DNA of 32,000 nucleotides from Coprobacillaceae bacterium (GCA_963675515.1 OY776328.1:2340001-2372000); one strand, 5' to 3'. Positions 8,024 through 16,064 are shown, counted from the first letter of the stretch. Notes: generated by a model not told the origin, from the sequence alone. Made by a program: numbers and translations.

Positions 8024-8170
8024 TTAATGGTTGCAGCTGTTGCCGCCTGTTTTTTGGGAACAGCTACAGCAGCTTGTGCAACTGCGGTTGTTCTTTTTGT
8101 CTTTGACCATCTTGCATATGATCCCACAAAGAATCAATGAGATGACGGCCAGTACGATATAATCTGCCAC
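8024..8170 (-). CDS. FeoB-associated Cys-rich membrane peptide (48 aa), absent from the ORF track
   Basis: GTG at 8170 with SD GGGGAGAG overlapping the feoB stop. It reads VADYIVLAVISLILCGIICKMVKDKKNNRSCTSCCSCSQKTGGNSCNH: one TM helix plus a Cys-rich tail, as in the family found downstream of Firmicute feoB. Confidence 0.7.
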   Translation of the reverse strand: MADYIVLAVISLILCGIICKMVKDKKNNRSCTSCCSCSQKTGGNSCNH

Positions 8171-8181
8171 TGTTCTCTCCC

Positions 8182-10176
8182 CTATCCTTTTTGATAGTTA
8201 GATCCCAATGACTCTCTAGGTTTTCTTGCCATCAGGTAGATCACGTATCCCGAAATCGCGCTTACAACAATCAGTCCCGGGATGAATCCTTGACCGATGG
8301 TTCCAGATTCTATAAGAGTTCCCACCTGATAGATGACAAAGGCAACCACATAACCCATAGCCAGCTGGAAGGCAATCGCTCCAATCAGCCATTTCTTGGA
8401 ATCAAGCTCGGCATTCATTGCGCCGATGGCCGCAAAGCATGGCGGGGTGAAAAGATTGAATGCCAGATAGGCCAGGGCTGAAGCGCTTGTCAACCCCATG
8501 ACTTGAGCTACGCTCGAAGCCCCATTTATCAACACAAGATCATCGACATTGATGAAATTTGTGATGGAAAATACAACCGCCAATGTTCCGACGACATTTT
8601 CCTTGGCGATGAATCCTGTAATGGCTGCAGCAGCCAATTGCCAGATCCCGAATCCAAGTGGTATCAGGATGATTGAAAATGGTGTGGCTACGCTAGCCAG
8701 GATGCTTGTAGCTTCCATTCCTTCTTCAATCACCTGGAATTGCCAGTTGAATGTCGACATGATCTGCACCAGGGCGTTGCAAAGCAAGATGATTGTAGCC
8801 GCCTTGACGATGAATGCCTTACCTTGGTTAAGCATTGAAATTGCAGCCCGTTTGACGCTAGGAATCCGATATTCGGGCAATTCCATGATGAAGTAATCGG
8901 TCACCTTTTCGTCTTTGGTGATTTTCCGGACTATCAGGGCGCTGAAAATGATAAGCACAATTCCCAACAAGTACATTGATGAACTCACCCATGATGCATC
9001 TTGGAAGAATACCCCGGCAAACAAGGCGATGACCGGCAGCTTGGCTCCACAAGGCATGAATGGTGTCAGCATCGCCGTTGTCCGGCGTTGCCTTTGGTCC
9101 TGGATTGTCCGGGTAGCCATGATTCCAGGAATCGCGCACCCTGTCCCGATAATCATCGGAATTATCGATTTTCCCGACAATCCGACCCATTTGAAGAACC
9201 GGTCCATGATCACCGCAACGCGGGCCATATAACCACTGTCTTCAAGCAAGGCGAGAAGGAAGAACAAGACCATAATCAAAGGCAAGAAACCGACCACGGC
9301 ACTCACTCCGCCGATGATTCCATCAAGAAGCAATGCCCCGATAACCGGAGATACGTTATCACCCATCAGCCCTGCCACAAAACCGTAGAACTGGTCAATC
9401 CACCCTACCAGGATGTCGGCCAGATAGGTACCGACATAGGTTTGGGAAATCGAGAAAACCAGCCACATAACCAGAGCGAATATCGGCAGCCCCAGCCACT
9501 TGTGAGCCAGAACCCTATCCAGGTTGTCCTGAATGTTTGAGACATTGGTTTTGGTTTGGCGCACTTCAACCTGGGCCACGATATCTTTGACAAAACTGTA
9601 ACGTTGGCCATCGAGTTCTTGGACCTCTTCTTTTGTCAAGCCATCAAGGTCAACCTGATTGAACTGCGGATTTTGGATATTGTTTTGGGATTTTGCACAT
9701 TGGTTGACCAGATCCTCAAGACCGGTATTCCCACTTGCGCTGACTGCGACAACCGGACAGCCAAGAAGGTTTGACAGCAAGTCGATGTCTATCTTCAATC
9801 CTTTTTTAGGTGCAAGATCCATCTTGTTCAACGCCACAACGACTGGAATATTCAGCTCGAGCAATTGGCTTGTAAAAAACAGACTGCGGCTGAGATTGGT
9901 GGCATCGACTATGTTGACGATGACATCCGGCGTAGCGTTCAATACGAACTCCTTCGTGATGTTCTCTTCAGATGTGTACGGAGACATCGAATAGGCACCC
10001 GGCAAATCGACCACGGTTATTTTCGCAATTCCCTTGTTCAATGACTTTTTAAGTGGAGCCTCTTTTTTGGCGATAGTAACGCCGGCCCAGTTACCTACTT
10101 TTTCAACCTTACCGGTAATCGCATTGAATAATGTCGTCTTACCGCTGTTTGGATTTCCTGTTAAAGCTATCTTCAT
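8182..10176 (-). CDS. feoB: Ferrous iron transporter FeoB
   Basis: G-domain MKIALTGNPNSGKTTLFN...VVDLPGAYS...NKMD followed by a polytopic membrane domain. The start is placed at the second Met (GGGGGAAG SD). Confidence 0.95.
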   Translation of the reverse strand: MKIALTGNPNSGKTTLFNAITGKVEKVGNWAGVTIAKKEAPLKKSLNKGIAKITVVDLPGAYSMSPYTSEENITKEFVLNATPDVIVNIVDATNLSRSLFFTSQLLELNIPVVVALNKMDLAPKKGLKIDIDLLSNLLGCPVVAVSASGNTGLEDLVNQCAKSQNNIQNPQFNQVDLDGLTKEEVQELDGQRYSFVKDIVAQVEVRQTKTNVSNIQDNLDRVLAHKWLGLPIFALVMWLVFSISQTYVGTYLADILVGWIDQFYGFVAGLMGDNVSPVIGALLLDGIIGGVSAVVGFLPLIMVLFFLLALLEDSGYMARVAVIMDRFFKWVGLSGKSIIPMIIGTGCAIPGIMATRTIQDQRQRRTTAMLTPFMPCGAKLPVIALFAGVFFQDASWVSSSMYLLGIVLIIFSALIVRKITKDEKVTDYFIMELPEYRIPSVKRAAISMLNQGKAFIVKAATIILLCNALVQIMSTFNWQFQVIEEGMEATSILASVATPFSIILIPLGFGIWQLAAAAITGFIAKENVVGTLAVVFSITNFINVDDLVLINGASSVAQVMGLTSASALAYLAFNLFTPPCFAAIGAMNAELDSKKWLIGAIAFQLAMGYVVAFVIYQVGTLIESGTIGQGFIPGLIVVSAISGYVIYLMARKPRESLGSNYQKG

Positions 10177-10207
10177 ATTGTCTTCCCCCTGAACTCTTTT
10201 TTGCAAA

Positions 10208-10222
10208 TGAAAATCATTCTCA
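10208..10222. promoter_or_regulatory. Fur box candidate in the feoA-feoB spacer
   Basis: TGAAAATCATTCTCA against the 7-1-7 consensus TGATAATNATTATCA gives 12/14. It lies within the longer palindrome AAATGAAAATCATTCTCATTT. Confidence 0.55.
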
Positions 10223-10251
10223 TTTGCTTCGTATAAAACCAGCCGCCAAGA

Positions 10252-10563
10252 TCAATCAACGACTATGCAGCTGGCTAATTGTTGATCGATGCTGTAGCGG
10301 GCATCTTTAATTACTATTACATACTGATTCGCAATTTTCGAAACCACAGTGACCGTCTCGCCGGGATAGCATCCCAGAGTGAAAAGGAAATCTTTGATTT
10401 TCATATCACCTGTCCGGATTTTCCTTATGGTATATTCCTGATTAAGATTGGCGTAGATCAAGGAATTGTCGCATTCGTGATTACGCTCAAATCCTCTTCC
10501 CTGACAATTCTTATGTTTACGTTGTCTTTTAAAAAAGCCGCGGAATTTTACTGTATTGTCCAT
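10252..10563 (-). CDS. feoA: FeoA-family protein
   Basis: The C-terminal segment YTIRKIRTGDMKIKDFLFTLGCYPGETVTVVSK...VIVIKDARYSI is a FeoA/SH3-like domain. AGGAGG lies 7 nt upstream of the ATG at 10563. Confidence 0.85.
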   Translation of the reverse strand: MDNTVKFRGFFKRQRKHKNCQGRGFERNHECDNSLIYANLNQEYTIRKIRTGDMKIKDFLFTLGCYPGETVTVVSKIANQYVIVIKDARYSIDQQLASCIVVD

Positions 10564-10600
10564 AACCAATCCTCCTGGAATATCGATCGCTCATTGAAAT

Positions 10601-10615
10601 TGAGATTCATTCTCA
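10601..10615. promoter_or_regulatory. Fur box candidate overlapping the feoA transcription start
   Basis: TGAGATTCATTCTCA matches the 7-1-7 consensus at 11/14 and lies immediately downstream of the -10 of the feoA promoter. Confidence 0.55.
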
Positions 10616-10620
10616 GGCAT

Positions 10621-10649
10621 ATATTATCAAACCTGATCCGCCCTGTCAA
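10621..10649 (-). promoter_or_regulatory. feoA promoter
   Basis: On the minus strand: TTGACA, a 17-nt spacer, then TAATAT. Confidence 0.6.
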
Positions 10650-10774
10650 CAGTAATCATAAAAAAATTAGACTCTTCTAACATTTCTTAATTCCATTGAC
10701 CTCACCAGCGATTTTCCATTACACCAAGCCCTTAATTGGTAAACCATCATGCCATTGCCAATACCGCATTAGAT

Positions 10775-10803
10775 TTGACAGTTCCGGGCAACTCTAATAT
10801 AAT
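10775..10803 (+). promoter_or_regulatory. fur promoter (consensus sigma-A type)
   Basis: TTGACA (10775-10780), a 17-nt spacer, then TATAAT (10798-10803). This argues for the ATG at 10830 rather than the TTG at 10803 as the start. Confidence 0.7.
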
Positions 10804-10829
10804 TGAGTCATGAAAGCAAGGTAGACACA

Positions 10830-11282
10830 ATGATCACAAATGAAAACATATACAAATCCATCAAAGATAAAGGTTACAAGCTGACCAAGCAGCGACAGAC
10901 TATAATCGAAACCCTGTTAAAGCATAGAAAAGAGCACCTGACCGCCGATGAGCTGTACCATCATGTCAAGGACATCCATCCCGAAATCGGGCTGGCTACC
11001 GTTTATCGCAATGTCAAGATGCTTTGCGATCTGGGTATAATCGAAACCTTGAATCTCAATGACGGCTTTGTCCGGTACGAACTTGCCCCAACCACAAAGA
11101 AACACCGGCACCACCATCTTATCTGCACCAACTGCCACAGGGTGATCGAGGTCGAAGAGGACCTGATGGATTCAATCGAACAACTGTTCGCCAAAAAATA
11201 CAACTTCAAAGTGAGTGATCATGAAACAAAGTTCTATGGCCTCTGTGATCAGTGCCAACAAGGAAACAAAGCTAAAGGATGA
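10830..11282 (+). CDS. fur: Fur-family metalloregulator
   Basis: Winged HTH (..GLATVYRNVKMLCDLGII..), HHHLIC, and two CxxC pairs (CTNC, CDQC). It is divergent from feoAB, which carries Fur boxes. Confidence 0.9.
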   Translation: MITNENIYKSIKDKGYKLTKQRQTIIETLLKHRKEHLTADELYHHVKDIHPEIGLATVYRNVKMLCDLGIIETLNLNDGFVRYELAPTTKKHRHHHLICTNCHRVIEVEEDLMDSIEQLFAKKYNFKVSDHETKFYGLCDQCQQGNKAKG

Positions 11283-11366
11283 CAGATAGGCTCCCTTTTG
11301 CGCAATCCGCTTTAAGGATCAGTTTATCCAAAAAGGACAATTTTCCGAGCTTATCTTAGGTGAATG
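10904..11366 (+). repeat. Direct repeat copy 1 (3' two-thirds of fur plus ~85 nt downstream)
   Basis: Aligns base by base with 15544-15958. The coding part has few substitutions, the tail is more diverged, and copy 2 carries a 48-nt deletion. Confidence 0.85.
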
Positions 11367-11423
11367 GAATTAATATTTTCAAAGTTCTCGTTCTAGAGAT
11401 CTCCCGGCTAATGCAAGTCCGAT

Positions 11424-11452
11424 TTGACAAGCTTTGATATATTTGTTATATT
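11424..11452 (+). promoter_or_regulatory. Strong orphan promoter
   Basis: TTGACA (11424-11429), a 17-nt spacer ending in TGT (extended -10), then TATATT (11447-11452). Confidence 0.65.
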
Positions 11453-11458
11453 CAGTAT

Positions 11459-11716
11459 GGTTTCATTAGAAACTTTTTATGAATTATGGTAAAGTAGCAC
11501 CTTGAGTATTTGGCTTATGAGTTGATACAGGTTAACTATCGGTATTTATAAGTCTGCCGCAAAAAAAGAAATTGGCTGTGAAAAATCAAAATTTTAGAAC
11601 TGGGACTTGGTTAGGATGATTCATCATGACCCATACTACTTAAGTGGTATGATTCGAGCGCAAGCGAAGTTTAAGTACTCTAACTCTATTTGAGTTGGGG
11701 TACTTTTTTATTTTTT
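11459..11716 (+). ncRNA. Candidate ~250-nt non-coding transcript (promoter-to-terminator unit without a credible ORF)
   Basis: It is bounded by the promoter above and the terminator at 11675-11716. Internal hairpins are GUUUC-AUUA-GAAAC (11461-11474) and CAUACUAC-UUAA-GUGGUAUG (11632-11651). The longest ORF is 25 codons and lacks a properly spaced SD. Confidence 0.35.
11675..11716 (+). terminator. Rho-independent terminator
   Basis: A 12-bp stem GTACTCTAACTC / GAGTTGGGGTAC (two G-U pairs), loop TATTT, followed by TTTTTTATTTTTT. Confidence 0.7.
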
Positions 11717-11808
11717 CAGTACCCAACACTAATCTATACGAGGAGCTAACTATCTTTAATTCAAGTTATTTTTGAAAATTAGCTAAATTTCTTTTAGATC
11801 ATTGAAAA

Positions 11809-13224
11809 GTGAATTTGTGTACACTGAAAACAACCACCGTCGTGGCTTAAATTTTATTTTACATTTGTATAATTATATTAATGCCGTTTCGTCAAATGGG
11901 ATGTTTTCAGATAACAATTTATAAATTACTCTTATTAGTTTGCGAACCGAATGGCCTTGGGCGCATCGATGGGATTTACCTTGGGAACGTTTTAGGTTAT
12001 AATAACTATTGAAAGTGGGATTATTGGAACATACTGTAAGAATGCATTGATAAAGTGTCTTTCTCAAATAACGCGAACCGCGTTTTGACAAAGCTGTCTG
12101 CGGAGAGTTGTATTCTCCGGACTGATAGGTCCCGGGATCAACCCCGGCAAAACCGATAATTTTTGTAGCTGAGCTGAAACTATCGATGTCTCCAATTTCA
12201 CTTAATATTGACATTCCTGAGTATGTACCGATGCCCGGGATAGTAAAGATAGGAGAGTTTAGTGTGATGGCTAATTCTTCTATTTTTTTATCCACAATTG
12301 ACAATTGGGATTTGATCAATTCTATTGCTTCGATAAGCATACCAATTTCCATGGTAATTACTTCATTGTTTTCACCGATTGACTGTTTTGCTGCTTCACG
12401 AAGTGATACAGCGTCGACATCCGCATGGTTACCTCTACCTTTTGGTTTGAGGACATTCTTGAGATGGGTAAGATTGGCATTGGCTAGATTATATGAGTTC
12501 CCAAACTCCTTTAAAATAGCCATGTAAGCCCGTGAGTACTTTGTTTTGAACCAAATGTTAATCTCAGGAATTACGATATCGATACACTTTTGAAGTCTGT
12601 TTTTATTTTGATTGAGATCTTCGGTAAGTGTTGCATGATACCGGGTCAATTCCTTGGCTTGTTTCAAAGCTAATTTGCGCTTTGTAACCCGGGTGTAGTC
12701 TTTGTCAAAAAGCACTGAGCAAATCAGGAAAGTGTCTTTCTTGTCATTTTTGGTTTTCCTGATTTTTCCACGACGTTTGGCGTCAGTGGTCAACGGATTT
12801 ATCATTCCGACTTCATAATCGTTTGAAATTAGAAAATTGACGATATTGTCGCCGTAATGGCCAGTGGCCTCTAGACCGACAATATGTCGCGAAGACTTGA
12901 ATTGGCTTGTATTGTTAAGAAACAAGTCGAATCCAGCGTGATCGTTGGTGAAGAAAAACGGTTTAACCAACACTTCACCATTAGAGTCAACAACGCAGGC
13001 ACAGTGTTTGAATTTACCTACGTCAATACCTATGTAATACATGATAACACGTCCTTTCGTATTCAGTGATGTGCGACTATCCACATACAAGGTATCAAAG
13101 ATCCTGGTGCAAAATACAAGTTCAAAGACTTATCTAACTAATTACAATTCAGATACAAAGATGTGGCAATGTCCTCCTCGAGGTAGTCAAGCTACAGGTA
13201 ATAAAAATCAAAGTACACATTCAC
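11809..13224 (-). mobile_element. IS110-family insertion sequence (boundaries approximate)
   Basis: It contains a DEDD-type transposase gene. Imperfect terminal inverted repeats are GTGAATTTGTGTAC (11809-11822) and the reverse complement of 13213-13224, GTGAATGTGTAC. The region is visibly A+T-rich, with 182 nt of non-coding 5' end and 64 nt of 3' end. Confidence 0.7.
11873..13042 (-). CDS. IS110-family transposase/recombinase
   Basis: MYYIGIDVGK...GLEATGHY...KTKNDKKDT (DEDD N-domain) and IPGIGTYSGMSILSEIGDIDSF...SKRGSRYLRKTLY (C-domain). GAAAGGA SD lies upstream of the Met at 13042. Confidence 0.92.
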   Translation of the reverse strand: MYYIGIDVGKFKHCACVVDSNGEVLVKPFFFTNDHAGFDLFLNNTSQFKSSRHIVGLEATGHYGDNIVNFLISNDYEVGMINPLTTDAKRRGKIRKTKNDKKDTFLICSVLFDKDYTRVTKRKLALKQAKELTRYHATLTEDLNQNKNRLQKCIDIVIPEINIWFKTKYSRAYMAILKEFGNSYNLANANLTHLKNVLKPKGRGNHADVDAVSLREAAKQSIGENNEVITMEIGMLIEAIELIKSQLSIVDKKIEELAITLNSPIFTIPGIGTYSGMSILSEIGDIDSFSSATKIIGFAGVDPGTYQSGEYNSPQTALSKRGSRYLRKTLYQCILTVCSNNPTFNSYYNLKRSQGKSHRCAQGHSVRKLIRVIYKLLSENIPFDETALI

Positions 13225-13271
13225 AATTTAATTTTAAAACAAAAAACTAAGAAAGGAAAATGTATATTAAA

Positions 13272-13300
13272 TTGACTGATAGATAAGTCATTTATAATAT
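13272..13300 (+). promoter_or_regulatory. kamA promoter candidate
   Basis: TTGACT (13272-13277), a 17-nt spacer, then TAATAT (or TATAAT with a 15-nt spacer). Confidence 0.55.
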
Positions 13301-13312
13301 ACCAGGATATGA

Positions 13313-14566
13313 ATGAATATCAAGAAAAACAATGAAAAATGGCATGACTACAAATGGCAACTGCAAAACCGGATCACCTCGATCGAGCAGGTCGAGAAGA
13401 TTCTCGAAATCCGTTTCGAACCCGGATTGCGCAGCCAACTCGAGAAAACAATAGCTACATTCCCTCTGTCGATAACCCCGTATTACCTATCCCTGGTGGA
13501 CGCGGGCGACTTCCATAACGATCCGGTATTCCAACAGGCATTCCCCAGTCCCAAGGAGCTCGATGTCTCAAGCTGTGACATCCTGGATCCGCTAAACGAG
13601 GACGGTGACAGCCCGGTGACTGGAATCACCCACCGCTACCCCGACCGGGTCCTGTTCCATGTTTCCAACGTATGCGCCATGTACTGCCGCCACTGTACCC
13701 GCAAACGCAAGGTTGGCGACACCGATTTCAACCCGACCATCGAACATTACCAGGCAGGAATCGAATACATAGCCTGCCATCCTGAAATCCGCGATGTACT
13801 TCTTTCCGGGGGCGATCCCTTCCTGCTCGAGGATGAGACTATAAGATTGTTGCTGGAAAAAATCAGTGAAATCGAGCACGTTGAAGTGATCCGCATCGGA
13901 ACCCGGACACCGGTAGTGCTGCCTTTCAGGATCACTGACAATCTTGTGGCCATATTGAAAAAACACAAAAACCTGTGGATCAACACCCACTTCAACCACC
14001 CCAAGGAGATATCATCGGAGGCGATTGCCGCCCTTGACAAGCTTGCAGAAGCGGGCATCCCACTAGGGAACCAAAGCGTCCTGCTCGCAAATGTCAATGA
14101 CTGCTCGAAAATCATGAAAAAGCTTGTTCAGAAGCTGACCGCCCACCGGGTCCGCCCTTACTACATGTACCAATGCGACCTCTCTTACGGCCTGGAACAT
14201 TTCCGGACCAGCGTAGGTAAAGGGATCGAAATCATGGAAAGCTTGCGCGGCCATACCAGCGGTTATGCGGTTCCGACATATGTCATCGATGCCCCCGGCG
14301 GCGGAGGGAAAATCCCGATCATGCCAAACTATCTGATGTCATGGTCCACCAACAAGGTTGTATTGCGAAACTACGAAGGCATGATAACGACCTACCAGGA
14401 ACCTGGCAACTACGAACCGAACTATTGTGACCTCAACTGCAAGGATTGCAGCCTGCAATTCAAATATGATCAAAAGGACAACTACAAGCCGATCGGACTC
14501 GAGAAACTCCTGTGCGACACCGATGACCTGATCACCCTGACCCCGATGGAGCTGTCAGGTGAATAG
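13313..14566 (+). CDS. kamA: Lysine 2,3-aminomutase (radical SAM, KamA/AblA family)
   Basis: [31 protein letters not shown] (CxxxCxxC) and [10 protein letters not shown], a length of 417 aa, and a C-terminal Cys cluster. Confidence 0.9.
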   Translation: MNIKKNNEKWHDYKWQLQNRITSIEQVEKILEIRFEPGLRSQLEKTIATFPLSITPYYLSLVDAGDFHNDPVFQQAFPSPKELDVSSCDILDPLNEDGDSPVTGITHRYPDRVLFHVSNVCAMYCRHCTRKRKVGDTDFNPTIEHYQAGIEYIACHPEIRDVLLSGGDPFLLEDETIRLLLEKISEIEHVEVIRIGTRTPVVLPFRITDNLVAILKKHKNLWINTHFNHPKEISSEAIAALDKLAEAGIPLGNQSVLLANVNDCSKIMKKLVQKLTAHRVRPYYMYQCDLSYGLEHFRTSVGKGIEIMESLRGHTSGYAVPTYVIDAPGGGGKIPIMPNYLMSWSTNKVVLRNYEGMITTYQEPGNYEPNYCDLNCKDCSLQFKYDQKDNYKPIGLEKLLCDTDDLITLTPMELSGE

Positions 14567-15413
14567 GGGCGATATCATCGAGGAATTGAACGGTTTTGCC
14601 ATCCAGTTTGGAAAACTCTCCGACCGGGTCTACCTTCTCGATTACCTCGAAAAATACGACAGGTTGCTCCTTGAAAACATCAATGTCCTGGCCAGATACC
14701 ACAATTACTCCAAGATCATCATCAAGGCAGGCAAAGATGCCGCCGCCAGGCTGGAAAAGGACGGATTCGCCTGTGAGGGCAAAGTCGAAGGATACCACAG
14801 AGGCCAACAGGATGCCTTTTTCATGGTGAAGTATCTTAACCCCAGACGGTATGAACATGACAAGACAGCCTTGAAGCAAGTGCTCGAAAAATCCGGCCGA
14901 CTGCAGGAAGATAATCCAGGAAGTCTGCCAAGCCAGTACCAGATCCGCCTGCTGAAATTGCAGGATGTTCCGGAAATGGCCGCTCTTTTCAAAAGAGTAT
15001 TCACTACCTATCCGTTTCCGATTTTCGAGGAAGAATATCTTCGCGAAACGATGGGGGACAACTGCATCTACCTGGGCGTCTTTTTCCAGGAAAAGCTAGT
15101 CGGCATATCTAATTGCGAAACCACCAAGGAACATCTGGCCTGCGAAATGACGGATTTCGCAATCGATGAGTGCCATCGGGGCCAGAAGCTGGCGCGCCAT
15201 CTTCTTTTGGCGATGGAAAACCGGCTCCGGGAAATGAATTTCAAGACCGTCTACACAATTGCCCGGTCCGCTTCCCTGCCAATGAACGCTACCTTCAAAA
15301 AATCCGGTTACATATATGGAGGAACTCTGATAAACAACACCCAGATCTCGGGGTCAATCGAGTCGATGAACATCTATTACAAGCCCCTGTCAATGCAAGC
15401 AAATCAGCATTAG
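14559..15413 (+). CDS. ablB: Beta-lysine N6-acetyltransferase-like GNAT (AblB/YodP family)
   Basis: The GTG start overlaps the kamA stop by 8 nt. GNAT core [18 protein letters not shown] and the C-terminal [19 protein letters not shown] are typical of AblB-type proteins encoded next to kamA. Confidence 0.75.
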   Translation: MNRGDIIEELNGFAIQFGKLSDRVYLLDYLEKYDRLLLENINVLARYHNYSKIIIKAGKDAAARLEKDGFACEGKVEGYHRGQQDAFFMVKYLNPRRYEHDKTALKQVLEKSGRLQEDNPGSLPSQYQIRLLKLQDVPEMAALFKRVFTTYPFPIFEEEYLRETMGDNCIYLGVFFQEKLVGISNCETTKEHLACEMTDFAIDECHRGQKLARHLLLAMENRLREMNFKTVYTIARSASLPMNATFKKSGYIYGGTLINNTQISGSIESMNIYYKPLSMQANQH

Positions 15414-15538
15414 AATTTGATACCCTATTTTATCTTGATCATAATCGGTCGTGGAAAGCAAGTTAAAGCCAATGATCCCAAATGCGCGATATACAAAAAC
15501 CTCAAACCCAAAGCCTAAAAGCTGAAATGGCTGCGTAA

Positions 15539-15874
15539 AAAATTATCGAAACCCTGTTAAAGCATAGAAAAGAGCACCTGAAAGCCGATGAGCTGTACCA
15601 TCATGTCAAGATGCTTTGCGACCTGGGTATAATCGAAATCTTGAATCCAAATGACGGCTTTGTCCGGTACGAACTTGCCCCAACCACAAAGAAACACCGG
15701 CACCACCATCTTATCTGCACCAAGTACCATAAGGTGATCGAGGTCGAAGAGGACCTGATGGATCCAATCGAACAACTGTTCGCCAAAAAACACAACTTCA
15801 AAGTGAGTGATCATGAAACAAAGTTCTATGGTCTCTGTGATCAGTGCCAACAAGGAAACAAAGCTAAAGGATGA
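15539..15874 (+). pseudogene. Decayed fur fragment (lacks the N-terminal ~24 codons and a start, lacks the recognition helix, first CxxC destroyed)
   Basis: Aligns to fur codons ~25-150. There is a 48-nt in-frame deletion between two ATGTCAAG repeats, which removes DIHPEIGLATVYRNVK. CTNCHR has become CTKYHK. I count about 8 nonsynonymous against 3 synonymous differences. A stop lies at 15536-15538 upstream in frame. Confidence 0.85.
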
Positions 15875-15958
15875 CAGATCGGCTCCCTTTTGGGCAATCC
15901 GCCTCTAGAACCGATTTGTCCAAAAAGCACAATTATTTCCGCTGATTTTAGGCGAATG
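15544..15958 (+). repeat. Direct repeat copy 2 (partner of 10904-11366)
   Basis: See copy 1. Homology ends about 55 nt before the ABC-transporter promoter. Confidence 0.85.
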
Positions 15959-16012
15959 ACACAAACATCCTCAAATATTTGATGCAAGCGCTATCATTGT
16001 CGTTCCGGCATA

Positions 16013-16041
16013 TTGACACCGAGGCCATAATGTTGTATTGT
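16013..16041 (+). promoter_or_regulatory. Promoter candidate for the binding-protein gene
   Basis: TTGACA, a 17-nt spacer, then TATTGT. Confidence 0.45.
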
Positions 16042-16064
16042 ATACAATATAGGAGGATTATTTT

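Noticed and set aside
7927-8127. 66-aa minus-strand ORF after feoB
   Set aside because: It has no SD and a low-complexity Ala/Thr-rich product. It overlaps, in another frame, the well-supported Cys-rich FeoB-associated peptide ORF.
8290-9994. Several plus-strand ORFs (63-179 aa) inside feoB
   Set aside because: They are shadow ORFs antisense to a confidently identified gene. Their composition is Arg/Pro/His-rich and they have no SDs.
10681-10774. Repeated CCATT pentamers upstream of the fur promoter as a regulatory array
   Set aside because: The motif is short and the spacing is irregular. It is compatible with chance in A+T-rich intergenic DNA.
11459-11716. Interpreting the orphan RNA unit as the IS110 bridge RNA, or as a lysine (L-box) or T-box leader for kamA
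   Set aside because: It lies outside the IS inverted repeats and on the strand opposite to the recombinase. I could not find L-box or T-box core motifs. kamA has its own promoter about 40 nt upstream, and roughly 180 nt would remain between the terminator and kamA even without the IS.
15611-15874. Calling the 87-aa ORF a functional small Fur paralogue
   Set aside because: It has no SD, has lost the recognition helix and a CxxC pair, and shows an excess of nonsynonymous changes. It is annotated as a pseudogene, and the dominant-negative idea is kept only as a low-interest hypothesis.
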